Positions 1-11,546 of a stretch of DNA of 64,000 nucleotides are shown here, piece after piece. The translations under genes were made by a program, and so were the position numbers. Position 1 is the stretch's first letter, and the number at the start of each line of letters is the position of its first letter. The notes beneath the pieces were generated by a model. The model saw only the letters and a program-made list of their open reading frames with translations. It searched no databases and was not told the DNA's origin. Source of the DNA: Hormiphora californensis (taxonomy: Eukaryota > Animalia > Ctenophora); assembly GCA_020137815.1 (NCBI GenBank), contig CM035352.1:3348001-3412000 (forward strand). Direction: 5' to 3'.

Positions 1-298
1 ATGGGAAAATTTCCTCAAAATTTTCTGCAGCCGGGCTGCAAGAATCTCGACACCGAAATACATATATGTATTTCACACTCTAATGAGGGGGATGGATATG
101 TGACACCATTCTGAGACGCCCTGTTAGAGCATTGGCCTGACAGGGGACGCATTATTAGCAAAATCATCGTGCAGCCCAGAATGGGAAAATTTCTTCAAAA
201 TTTTCTGCAGCCGGGCTGCAAGAATCTCGACACCGAAATACATATGTATTTCATACTCTAATGAGGGGGATGGATATGTGACACCATTCTGGGACGCC
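1..298. repeat. ~180-bp period direct repeat (partial, runs off window start)
   Basis: 1-120 recurs almost identically at 181-298 (atgggaaaattt...gacaccattctg). Confidence 0.85.
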
Positions 299-562
299 TT
301 ATTAGCACTGTTAGCCAATACGGGATATTAAACACATGTGATTCGGGGAAGCTTATATTTCATATTTATATTTTCTGCAGCCCGGGCTGCAATATCAGTC
401 GAGGTTATTTTATTTAGGCTGCAAAAAATCAGTCAGGCTGCAAATATTTGCTCAAAAAATTACACGGGTTTGCAATATCGGGGCACTGGGGGCATGGCCT
501 ACAACCCTACGGTGAGAGATTGCCCTGCACTCGACAAAAAATTTCGGTCGGTGTACCCTTAA

Positions 563-1141
563 AGGGCCTAAAAACCCAAATTTTATTTAATTATTTTGAA
601 CACTACATCGTAACAAGCATGCTATTGGAGTCCTAAAAAACATAGGTACACGCCCCACCCGCCCAATGTGAGCCCAGGGGGAGCCCCTCATGTTGGGGCC
701 AGTTGGGGTCCCTTTGTAAACGCGCTTGTACTCCTTGAAATGCTAACAATATGATCCTCTCTGAAATTTGAAGTTTTGGGTAAAATTTAGCCTTGTGTTT
801 CAGGTGAGTACATAATCTTTCTTGTCTCTGTATTCTGGTAATTTTTCTCCTAGTTTTGGTAGGCTTAAATTATAATTGATGAGAAAGATTATGAAATCTA
901 CTAAAACACAAGGATAGTTTCTATCCTAAATTTTATATTTGAGAGAGGATCATATTGTTAGCATTTCAAGTAGTACAATCGCGTTTACAAGGGGACCCCA
1001 AATGGGCCCCAACTTGAGGGCCCCCCCTGGGCTCACCTGGGGCCCGTGTGGCGTGTACCTATGTTTTTTGGGACTCCAATAGCATGCTTGTTACGATGGA
1101 GTGTTCAAAATAAATAAATAACATTTGGGTTTTTAGGCCCT
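563..1141. mobile_element. Palindromic non-autonomous DNA transposon (MITE), TTAA target site, Kolobok-like
   Basis: TTAA|AGGGCCTAAAAACCC...GGGTTTTTAGGCCCT|TTAA; arms are inverted over ~250 bp; AG..CT termini with TTAA fit Kolobok rather than piggyBac (CC..GG). Confidence 0.8.
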
Positions 1142-1302
1142 TTAAACACGTTTTAATTTTTACATTTTCAAATTTCGAACTCTTCCTTATGAACAAAGGG
1201 CAACCGACATGGGCCGCTGCCACCGTAAAGAGAGTCAGGATATGCACAGAGCAGTTGTTGGCAATGGGAATACCCCATGAGTGTGTAGCTACTTCTGTTG
1301 AA

Positions 1303-1782
1303 CTGGTTACTGTCATGAGACGCATCTGTGTCAGGGTAAGTGCTGGTTACTGTTATGAGACGCATCTGTGTCAGGGTAAGTGCTGGTTACTGTTATGAGA
1401 CGCATCTGTGTCAGGGTAAGTGCTGGTTACTGTTATGAGACGCATCTGTGCCAGGGTAAGTGCTGGTTACTGTTATGAGACGCATCTGTGTCAGGGTAAG
1501 TGCTGGTTACTGTTATGAGACGCATCTGTGTCAGGGTAAGTGCTGGTTACTGTTATGAGACGCATCTGTGTCAGGGTAAGTGCTGGTTACTGTTATGAGA
1601 CGCATCTGTGTCAGGGTAAGTGCTGGTTACTGTTATGAGACGCATCTGTGTCAGGGTAAGTGCTGGTTACTGTTATGAGACGCATCTGTGTCAGGGTAAG
1701 TGCTGGTTACTGTTATGAGACGCATCTGTGTCAGGGTAAGTGCTGGTTACTGTTATGAAACGCATCTGTGTCAGGGTAAGTG
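1303..1782. repeat. Minisatellite, 12 x 40 bp
   Basis: Unit ctggttactgttatgagacgcatctgtgtcagggtaagtg repeated head to tail, near-identical. Confidence 0.97.
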
Positions 1783-1873
1783 TTCACAATGTTGACATTG
1801 TTAACATTGTCAATATTGTTAACATTAATTAATGTTAACACAATGTTGCTAATGTTGTGTTCACTTCATTCCA

Positions 1874-3846
1874 CTAATGACACATGTGTTCATGTCGACA
1901 GATACCATCACCACACATCACTGTCCCAGAAGGACAGATATTATCGGTATCACTGGAATCGCACCACTTGCACGTGGCAAGGCAGTTCGTATACATCCAA
2001 TCGTAGTATCTGATGGGGGGAGATAGGACAAGTTTTAGGGTGAGATCAGGAGAGATGGTGAGGGTGAGATTCGAAGATATATATTATATATTGAGGGGGA
2101 GATAGGAGATATGACGAGATATTGAGACCAGTCGATGTGTATTTTGGATAGATAGAGAAGAGTAACTGCAAAACCGAAATCTGGGGTCAAAGTGAAACTA
2201 TAGAATTTGGATGTTTTTACCTTCCGTTTCTGACGCAGTATCGGGTAAAAATACCACAGCTCGTCTTCAAATCTTGGCAGGGTATCTCTGGTGATTCTGT
2301 TTCCGGTTCTTCAGATTCCTCCATCTCTTCGTTTTCATCGTATCGCTGTTTGTTACACTGGCTTCTAGCGGGAGAGAGGTTAGGTTAGGATATGTATGCT
2401 ATTGGGCCCGGGCGCTTGCCAGCGCTATGATATTTGTTTTTCTACACTGGACCTAATACTGGACCTAATACTATCTAGATTTGGGTCGTGATCGATCACT
2501 TGACACACAGCAACATATTTCAATAACCCAGTACAGGCGGCCTTGGTGAGATATCCATAGCTGGCAATCCTGCAGTTGTCTTGAACAGCCCGGCTCATCA
2601 GGACGTACCCCTTGGCACCCCAGTTGACCCCATGAGTTCCGACTCCAGTAGCCCACACACCCTGGGTTCCATGCCCACAACCGTCACCGCATGGTTAGGA
2701 CTAGTGTTGCTCTTAACTGTTGGTATCCTTGTACAGACCCATCTGGTACTTGAAGAAGGAGCTTCCAACGTAGATCGCAACAGATACCACTCCCTTGGTC
2801 ACCAAATTCTGAAGACTAACATCACTCTTCGCTGTGGTGTATCCAGTTATCTTGGCCTTGGTCAAAGAGTTCCCCTTGCTCATATAATTGCAGACACCGT
2901 CCTTCATTTTGTACGGGGCCTGGGTGGCAGATGCAAGTCGGCCAGCCTTCCTGACATAGTCGATAGGAACATTCAACCACCCACCGCTGCAGCCATTCCG
3001 GCTTTGGCCCTCGTAGGCACAATCCAGGATTTCCTGATCGGAGAAAACCACCAGATCCCCGGTTGTGGTAAAGTAGCTACCCTCGATGGCTGAGACTCCC
3101 GCAAAAGCCCAACAGGCCCCGCATCCACCCTGCTGCTTTATAGCGGGCTGGGCACCTCGAGACACCCAGTTGACATAGGACGGAGCTGTAACCATGGTAA
3201 CCAAGGGCTCTCTTCTTCTTCAACTAGTGGGCGTCGGTGATGTTGAGTCCAGTGTACTGCAATCTCTCTTGCTCAGTCATGATGGAAATTTGTTGATCTC
3301 GGCGTGAAAAGGGCAGTCAGGATCTGAGTTGATGCATTCACCTCTTGTTGTAGTTTTGAACGCCAGCCCCATAAAAAAGTCGCTTGGCAAATTCCTCGTC
3401 GCTCGGCAATGGTTCGGCAACAACAGGTGTTTGCCGAGCCAGTCGCTCGGCTAATCAAGGAGTCGCCGTGTTTTCACCGCGTTCTTACAGAAAGTACATT
3501 TTCAGCACTTTTTTTCAAAATCTCCTGCTGAAAAATACAAAGTGCTGAAAAAATGTGCTTTTCTGTAAGAAAGCGGTGAATCACGGACTTCTTGATTAGC
3601 CGAGCGATGCTCGGCAAACCACCTGTTGTTGCCGAACCAATTGCCGAGCGACGAGGGCATTTGCCAAGCGACTTTTTTATGGGGGAGGAAGTGTTCTTTC
3701 TGGGAGGCAGGGGTAGCAGAACTAAGCAATGCTACATCTCCGTCAGTGTCTGTAGAGAAGCGCTCCAAAGCATCGAAATACTCCTCGACAAGGGAGGCAG
3801 AGAGGGTCAGGGCGAGCAGGGGGAAGAGAAGTAGTGCTGTCTTCAT
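1874..3846 (-). pseudogene. Secreted papain-family (C1A, cathepsin L-like) protease with C-terminal ShK domain; disrupted by a MITE and frameshifts
   Basis: Signal peptide MKTALLLFPLLALTLSA (ATG 3846); prodomain remnant (EINKF); QGGCGACWAF catalytic Cys, NHAV His and RNSWG Asn motifs in shifting frames; GT-AG exons 3846-2528, 2364-2221, 2009-1874; last two exons in frame encode an acidic linker, CQDLKTSCGIFTRYCVRNGRYYDWMYTNCLATCKWC and CPSGTVMCGDGICRHEHMCH*. Confidence 0.85.
3367..3685. mobile_element. Palindromic MITE inserted in the protease coding exon (CCC..GGG ends, 2-bp TSD; CMC/EnSpm-like)
   Basis: AG|CCCCATAAAAAAGTCGCTTGGCAAAT...ATTTGCCAAGCGACTTTTTTATGGGGG|AG; removing it and one AG restores H-F-L-A-F on the minus strand. 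Confidence 0.85.
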
Positions 3847-3930
3847 GGTGATAGCAATGGTGAGGAGTGTTGGGTAGTCGCACTTGTCCCGTTCCAGGTT
3901 TCTTGCTTGCTCCTTCATAAAGCCATCCAG

Positions 3931-4460
3931 TTAGAGATTGTATTTCTTGTGATGTCTGCAACTACCCATGATCTCGCTTCTCCGGTTTAGGAGTTGGTGG
4001 TTCCTGGACTCCATCAAAATCTCCATCTTTCGGTAGTGCCAGGTCACATTACCGATCCCCATCTGTACGGCCTTCCCCTTTTCCTCACTTTCCAAGTGAT
4101 CCCGAATGGGATCCCCGTGTCTTTCAACTCCCATACCTTTTCAGACAGCCTTGTCTATGTTAATTTTCGGAGTTGTTGAATGTGTGCTTGTGCTTAGCTG
4201 GTTGAATCGGGTTTTAAATGAGTTCCCTGTTAACCCGATGTAGAGAAATTTCTGGTTGCAGTTGGTTCGTTCTTCGTATACCAAGGATTCTGTGAGGCAC
4301 TTTCCATCCAATGGACAACTTCCCTTGTCATTACAATTGCATGATTTATCAGGCATATCCGTTGGTTTCGGGCCCCCATGTGTGAGTTTTTTGTTGTGGG
4401 CCTTTATCCTCGATTCCATGTTTGTTGAAGATCTGGCTGTAAACGTGTTAACTTGTTAAT
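3931..4460 (-). mobile_element. Penelope-like retroelement 3' fragment (GIY-YIG endonuclease region), frameshifted
   Basis: CNC..CPLDGKCLTESLVY...YIGLTGNSFKTRFN followed by LLNRRSEIMGSCRH, the typical PLE C-terminus. Confidence 0.85.
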
Positions 4461-5129
4461 AGCTCCTCGCAACCGTGAGTAGAGCACTCTCCGGGCAAGG
4501 ACCATCAACAATACATACCTAGTGTATCATTTATCTCTTGTTGCATTGTAATTCGTTTCACTTCCGCTTGTCTCAGACGCCATAATGGGGTCTTCTCCTC
4601 ATTAAAATGCATCTCAAATCTGACTCAAGTTTTCATTTCCAGCACACATGACTTCCCAGTTACCACTAAACCGTGTCTCGGGCCAGTCCTAGTATCACCA
4701 CTAAGTTACAGCTGCATTTTGGTCCAATATAACCCACCGCCCCAAAACCAGCACCCTCCCCCGCCCACCTCTCCCAATATAGCGGACTTTGCTAAACACC
4801 ACACTACAGAGACAATCCTTGTGTTTTGGTGCACTAAGTCGCTTATCGCGTGTAACAATTAACAAAATGTTCTTATCTGTTCCATCCGGTCTGTCATCTA
4901 GAACATTTTAGTGGTGCTACAATCGATTCTACCCATTATTTGTGTTTAATTGCTTTCGTTTATCTTCATCTCCATTGGAAAAGGATACACCTCTCACCTC
5001 ATCACCAACAACATCAAGGTACCAATCATCCATCAAAATTATGTAAGTTCATCTGTCAGTATAATTGTCTGTACACAGATTGTGTACAACTTATATTATG
5101 TTAAATGTCATTGGCATACATCGGGACTC

Positions 5130-5315
5130 CAGACACTCTCAAAGGCAGAACGTTACCTTGTTCCAGACTAAACCAAACTCAAGATACTCTAATTTCTCGA
5201 AGGCAAAACGTTACCTTGCTCCAGAACAAACTAAAATCTCAAAAACAAATTGTTACCTTGTTCCAGACCAAACCAAACGCAAGTATCTCTCAAAGGCAAA
5301 AAGTTACCTGATCCA
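5130..5315. repeat. Degenerate local repeat (3-4 copies of ctcaaaggcaaaacgttaccttgttccagac)
   Basis: Motif recurs at ~5138, ~5196, ~5251 (partial), ~5288. Confidence 0.7.
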
Positions 5316-6769
5316 GCTCAACATAGACCTTAGAATTTGATTTAGGCCAGGAGTAGTGGGATACCCCTGTCGAGGCCGTGCGGCTCTCGCCGCTCGGTGT
5401 CGCCAGTGGTTGATCACGGTCTTCCTGGAGCGTCCGAAGTAACATGCTCTGCATAAACTGATTGGTGGGTGGCCTTGCTACGGCGGAGTGGAGGACGTGC
5501 TGGGGCGCCTAATAAGTGTGTTCGGTGTTGGCAAACGTTGCTGGCCCCACAGCGCGGGATAAGGCAGCGCTTTTCAATGTTCGGTGCGGCCTGGGCGCGA
5601 TTATAATCTGGGTGCCTTGCAGCGTGTTTACAGGTGCGCGCTACCAAAAGAGTAACATTAGACCGACTTTTTTCAAACGGCTATAGCCACGAAAACAATG
5701 GCCATTTGAGTAAACTAAACGGTATCTGTTAGAGAATCGATAGCCCTAACAATAATAATAACAATAACATTTAACATTTATAAATCGCTTTTGAGCGAAA
5801 AGTGTTTATCTCGATCGACTTATACTAAAGCGTCCTTTCGATCAAAACTCGCTTTCTAAAGCGCATCTTCGTATCAATGTCCTTCTAAAAGTCCTCGTTG
5901 TCATATAATTAAATACATAGTTAATGAGTTAATTAAAAAACAGCATAAACTGTCACATATAATTAATAAATAGTTAATAAGTTAATCAAAAAACGGCATA
6001 TAACTGAACACTGAATATCCACAAGATAGAATCATACAAAAGTCTAGAAAAATATAGCGCAACAGAGGCCATAGATCTCAACGTAAAAATTACACCAGTT
6101 TCAATAAGGAACTTGAAAGGTCAAAGGTGTGCCCGTCATGGAAAAAAGTGAGGTCTTAATCAGGTAATGTGAGCTTGGTCTTGGTGTATTCGTGGTCATT
6201 GCAGAGTATGATAGTGAACGATACGACTTCAAATCCCTTTTGGCAACATTGTGATATGATATCCTGTGAATAGAGAGTTGATAGATTTCTACATGAAACG
6301 AAAATGGAAAGAGCAACAACAACTGCAAATGCAGTTGGCAAACGTTGCTGGCCCCCGATAGGGGCCAGTAGTCTATCCCGCGCACTGCCGAAAGTGTGTG
6401 TGTGAAAATTCCGATGCTGACAAACTTTGCTCTGTGCGCAAAAGCTATTTTTCCACTCCGCGCGCTACGCAAAGCATGTTCGTGAACTGAGACAGAGTCC
6501 CATTGGTGACAATTACATTTTAGGCCAGCGATCCCTAAACAATGTATCTTTGGCCTTGAATCAAGACGAGGGGCGGGTTGAATCCCCCACATGCCGGAAA
6601 TAAATTGATACAAATTGGTTTAGTGGCCAATACAACAAATAACACATGAGATGTACATAATCTTATCCCTGAATTAGTACGTGTACCAGCAATTGAGCAA
6701 TTGGGAAGTGGCATTCTCTTCAACCCGCAAAGATTTATAAAATAAATAAAATATCACCGGGATATCACC

Positions 6770-9700
6770 AGTCATCAGTAGTATCAGCACTATTGTTCAT
6801 ATATATTTGACGACAACCCGATGTATGCCGATACGAATGCGGCATTTAACTGCAATTTGTTCCAGGTTCGGATCGTAACCAATCATAAACTGGGACCAGG
6901 GACCTGAGAGGTGGAGAGAGATGAGATCCAAAATACCCTAGCTACTGTGGTATCCCGATTACAGTGACAAACAGAACACTCGGCAGAGAATATGGGGCGA
7001 GGTTTGGGAGAGACGACAGGGTGCTGGGTTGGGTTCAGGAGAGAATACAGGGTGGGGTTCGGGAGAGAAGACAGGGTGACGTTCGGGAGAGATGACAGGG
7101 TGGCGTTTGGGAGAGAAGACAGGGTGCTGGGTTGGGAGAGAATATAGGGTGGGGTTCGGGAGAGAAGACAGGGTGACGTTCGGGAGAGATGACAGGGTGG
7201 CGTTTGGGAGAGACGACAGGGTGCTGGGTTGGGTTCGGGAGAGAATACAGGGTGGGGTTCGGGAGAGAAGACAGGGTGACGTTTGGGAGAGAAGAAAGGG
7301 TGACGTTTAGGAGAGATGACAGGGTGGCGTTTGGGAGAGAAGACAGGGTGCTGGGTGGGGTTCTGGAGAGAATACAGGGTGGGGTTCGGTAGAGAAGACA
7401 GGGTGAGGTTTGGGAGAGAAGACCGGGTGAGGTTTGGGAGAGAAGACAGGGCGAGGTTTGGGAGATAAGCCAGGGTGCTGGGCGGGGTTTGGGAGAGATG
7501 AAATGGTGAGGTTCGGGGGAGAAGACAGAGTGAGGTTTGGGAGAGAAGAGAGGGTGAGGTTTGGGAGAGAAGACAGGGTCACGTTTGGGAGAGAAGACAG
7601 GGTCACGTTCGGGAAAGAAGACAGCATGACGTTTGGGAGAGAAGACATCGTGACGCTTGGGAGAGAATACAGGGTGAGGTTTCGGAGAAAAGACAGGGTG
7701 AGAAATAAGATCACAAAATACCCTAGCTACTGTCAAGGTATTCAGATTACAGTGACAAATAGGACACTCGGCAGAGAATATGGGGCGAGGTTTGGGAGAT
7801 AAGATGGGGTGGGGTTTAGGAGAGAAGACAGGGTAGGGTTTAGGAGAAAAGACAGGGTGACGTTTGGGAGAGAACATAGGGAGAGGGTTTGGGAGAGATG
7901 AAAGGGTGATGTTTGGGAGAGAAGACATGGTGAGGTTTGAGAGAGAAGACAGCGTGACGTTTGGGAGAGAAGACAGCGTGACGTTTGGGAGAGAAGACAG
8001 GGAATATGCATGTGTATACGACTTATGAACAAACATATGTTATGAGGAAATGAAGGAGGGGGAGACAGAGGCGGAGATAGAAGGGGAGATGGATTCAGTA
8101 CAGGACGGGGCATGATGCAGGACCAGGGGAATGAATAGAAGGAGGAAATGGCGAAGGAGGATCAAGGAGAGAAATGAAGGAAGAGTGGAAGTTGGAAGAC
8201 AAAGGAGAGGATGAAGGGAGCAAATGAAGAAAGAGATGTAGATGAGGGTGGGTAAGATGAAGGGGAGGATCATAGTGCAATGTGCATACACCACACACTA
8301 CACAGTGAGTGAGGCCGAGCTGCAGCTTGGTTTGGTTTGGTTCGACTGCACCTCGCACTGCTCCCCGAAGGAGCCTGGCTCAGTAGTGGTGTAGAATTTT
8401 AGATCTCTATCTCTCTTTCTCCCTTTATTTCTCTAGGTAGTTTATGTCTTTCACTCTCCCTCTCTCTCTCTAGGTATCTCCCTCTCTCTCTCACACACAC
8501 ACACCCACCCACACACACTCTCTCTCTCTCTCAGAGTAATATTGGATATGGAATGGAGATGGATGGTTCAGATTTATCAGCCGAACCATCGCAGATTATG
8601 AAATAAAATGATGGGGATGAAGGACGAGAGATAGAGGGGAAGGATGAAGTGGTGGAATGAAAAAAGAAGAAGTAGGAGAGAGGACGAAGGGGGAAATGGA
8701 GGAGAGGATAAAGGGGGAATGAAGGAGGAGATGGGGGATGAAGAGGGAAATGAATGGGTATCTACTATCTAATTACACCCGACCAGACGCCGACGGAGTC
8801 ATAGTAGTCCCTTCTACTACCGCACAGCTGCTACTCGAAAGCATTGCTCCCGGACAACTCAGCGATCCAAACCAAACCAAACCAAACTATATAAAAAGCG
8901 TGGATGAAGGAGGCCGAAGGTCGAAGGGGGGGGGGGTAAAGTGGTAGGATAAAAGGGGGGAATGAAGGAACGGATGGAGAGGAGATGAAGGGGAATGAAT
9001 GAGTAGAGGAAGAAGGAAAAAGGGGGAGGTTGAGGTGGAGGTTGAGGGATGAGGGGAGGAATAAAGGCCAAGGGGGAGGAATGAATGTAGAAAGATGTGA
9101 CGGAGGGGCGGGTATAAAGTATGGGTAGATTATGTGGGTGTGGGGGAGCGGGGGTTGTATGGACTATGGTAGAAGGGGAAAACTGTTTAGAATAAGGCTG
9201 ACTTACTGCGAAAAGAAGCAGAGGATATGGAGCGGAGATGGTTCAGATAGAGAAACAGCCCTCACGAGAGTGCCCCAGGACTTGTCTTCACTTCAGTATC
9301 AGTAATAGTGTCCACATGATGAATTCGAGTCACTGGAAGTTACTTTAGATTGATAAATGCACCACCAATTCAGAGTATCAAACTTTCAGCCGTTCTATCG
9401 GAATCCTGGGAGAGGTAAACAAGGGTTAGTACAAATGAGAGACTAAATTGATACTACACACTCGATCTTAGCAGGGGGTCAGACGGGGAGTCACACTTTA
9501 GACTCCGAGGAAGATGAAGGAGAGGAAGATGATGATGGGGATAGTAGATATGGACAAGAATCAAGATATGGAGGAGAGGAATATTAAAGGAGGGTCATGG
9601 TCAAGGGGAGGGTGAAGAGGAGTAGAGATAGAGAGGGGTATAATGAAGGAGGAAAGACCGTCCTCTCTTTCGCTTTTTTGTGTGGGTAGATTATGAGGGT

Positions 9701-10130
9701 GGGGAGCCGGAGGTTGTATGGCAAGAGGGGAGGATGTTTTGAATCTCACTTACTTTAGCGAAAAGAGGCAGATTGATACGGAATGGAGATCCGAGATGGT
9801 TCGATAGAGAGAGCCCTCACCGAGAGTTCCCCAGGCTTACCGCTTATTCTTCATTTATTTCAGTAATCAGTACTAGTATCTACAGATCAGTGATGCATCA
9901 CCGGGAGTTGCTTTTATATTGATGAATAACACCATCAATTTACAGTGTCACATTTTCAGCCGTTCTATCTGATTCCTGGGGATAAGGGTTTTTAAAAACA
10001 ATAGACTTTGGACTCATCGCAGTTACCTCTGGGGACATCTTCCAAAGACGTCCCACCGCAAGAGACGAAATATACTGCCGGAAAGTGACTCAGTGACAAC
10101 TCAGACACACTTTCTTGGTGTAGCTTGACC
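6770..10130 (-). pseudogene. Decayed or mis-assembled leucine-rich-repeat gene with LRRNT caps
   Basis: Paralogous AG...GTAAGT-bounded exons 9207-9405 and 9754-9975 (GLFLYLNHLRSISSASFR); exon near 10027-10130 ends VSCGGTSLEDVPR; ECPICHCN / ECSVCHCN blocks at ~7720-7770 and ~6935-6985; many indels and stops. Confidence 0.5.
6990..8000. repeat. Purine-rich ~24-bp minisatellite (gggtgacgtttgggagagaagaca)
   Basis: Dozens of degenerate tandem copies; explains the TLSSLPNV / HPVFSPK ORFs. Confidence 0.92.
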
Positions 10131-11117
10131 TCCCGGTTGGTGCATTTGTCCTAAAACTCACCGTAGAACTGAAAGCTAAAATTAACGGATGGAGCATATC
10201 CTTATTAGGTAAGGCAATTTATAGGTCTTTGCCCTCATGAAGTACATAACACGGAAGGAAGTAAGTACTCTATTCAAATCAACTCATAACAATTTTTTGG
10301 GTTTTCCATAACTGAGAGTCGGCCATATTGGATTTGGGTCGAACCAGTGGAAATCGAATGATTATTTTCCAGAACCATTTGAAATTGGTGCGCGGCTCAC
10401 TTTAACACATGCGCGTTAGCAATATTAAATAGGTGCGCGGCTTTATATTTGCGCGTGCAAAAGTGATCGATTTCCAAAATTGAAAAGAGAGTCATCAAAT
10501 TCATGTCAAATGCTACCAATTCCCAAATTGGTGATATGGACCTCCGGAACATGGTCAAATGATTGGGACGGATCCTGTACATGCGCGGTGTTCCCTCCTT
10601 ATCCCTGTTCTGCGCCACGCGCAGCGCGGGATAAGGCAGCGCTTTTCAACAAATGCAGTTCAGAAAGATATAAAACGCTCTTGGATCAAGGGATCCAAAG
10701 ATAGCAAAATACAAACTAAAGTCCAATTTCCCACTCAAGCGACAGGTCGCCACACACCAACTCGCTAAACAGATGTGAAACTGGCTGAACCAGTGACACT
10801 CGACAAGACAGAGACCGGATCCCGGTCGCAACGGCCAGATAAAGTATACTCTATCCAGGTTACCAGGATCAAGCCCTATAACCACCAGACAAGAGAAAAG
10901 AATTAAGTGCCCGGCACCCGCCACTCGAGTAGAAAATTGGACTATACCCAAACCTAGGTAAAAAGCCGCGCAATGATACAGAAATATACAACCTGGGTGA
11001 AAGTCCGTTTACCAGTTTGGCCCATGGCCGTGATAGAGTGTGAAACTTTGGCAACCATGCCAAATAAGGTGCAGATGAAGTGAAGATCCTGTCCCTTAAC
11101 CACTCGAGAAAGAGAAC

Positions 11118-11199
11118 AAACACACACATACACACACACCACAACACACCACACACCCACACACACCACACACAAACACACACAAACACACACACACAA

Positions 11200-11232
<33 letters not shown>

Positions 11233-11237
11233 TACAC
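11118..11237. repeat. (CA)n microsatellite
   Basis: Direct inspection. Confidence 0.95.
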
Positions 11238-11274
11238 TAGAAGAAAAGTGGTTGAGAGAAAGAAGGGTGGGCTT

Positions 11275-11514
11275 TTTTTTCTTTCTTTTTTTTTTCTTTT
11301 TTTTATTGCCTCTTTTTGATTTTTTTGATTTTTTTTTTTTTTTATTTTTTACAGTCGGACCCGTTTAGGGACACCCTCGGGGGAAAGGCTCTTGTCCACT
11401 AAATCGGGGTGTCCACTAAATCGGGTCAAATAAGGTTAATTTCCTATACGGGGAAAAAATCTGCCCTAAATCGGGGTGCCACTAAAAGGGGGCCCCTAAA
11501 TCGGGGTCCGACTG

Positions 11515-11546
<32 letters not shown>

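Noticed and set aside
1303-1782. CRISPR-like array
   Set aside because: Units are contiguous with no unique spacers; eukaryotic context, no cas genes.
2581-3093. 170-aa plus-strand ORF
   Set aside because: Antisense shadow of the protease exon.
7035-8113. 333-aa and overlapping repetitive ORFs
   Set aside because: Open frames produced by a 24-bp minisatellite.
10869-11319. Cys/Val- and His/Thr-rich ORFs
   Set aside because: Derived from the (CA)n microsatellite.
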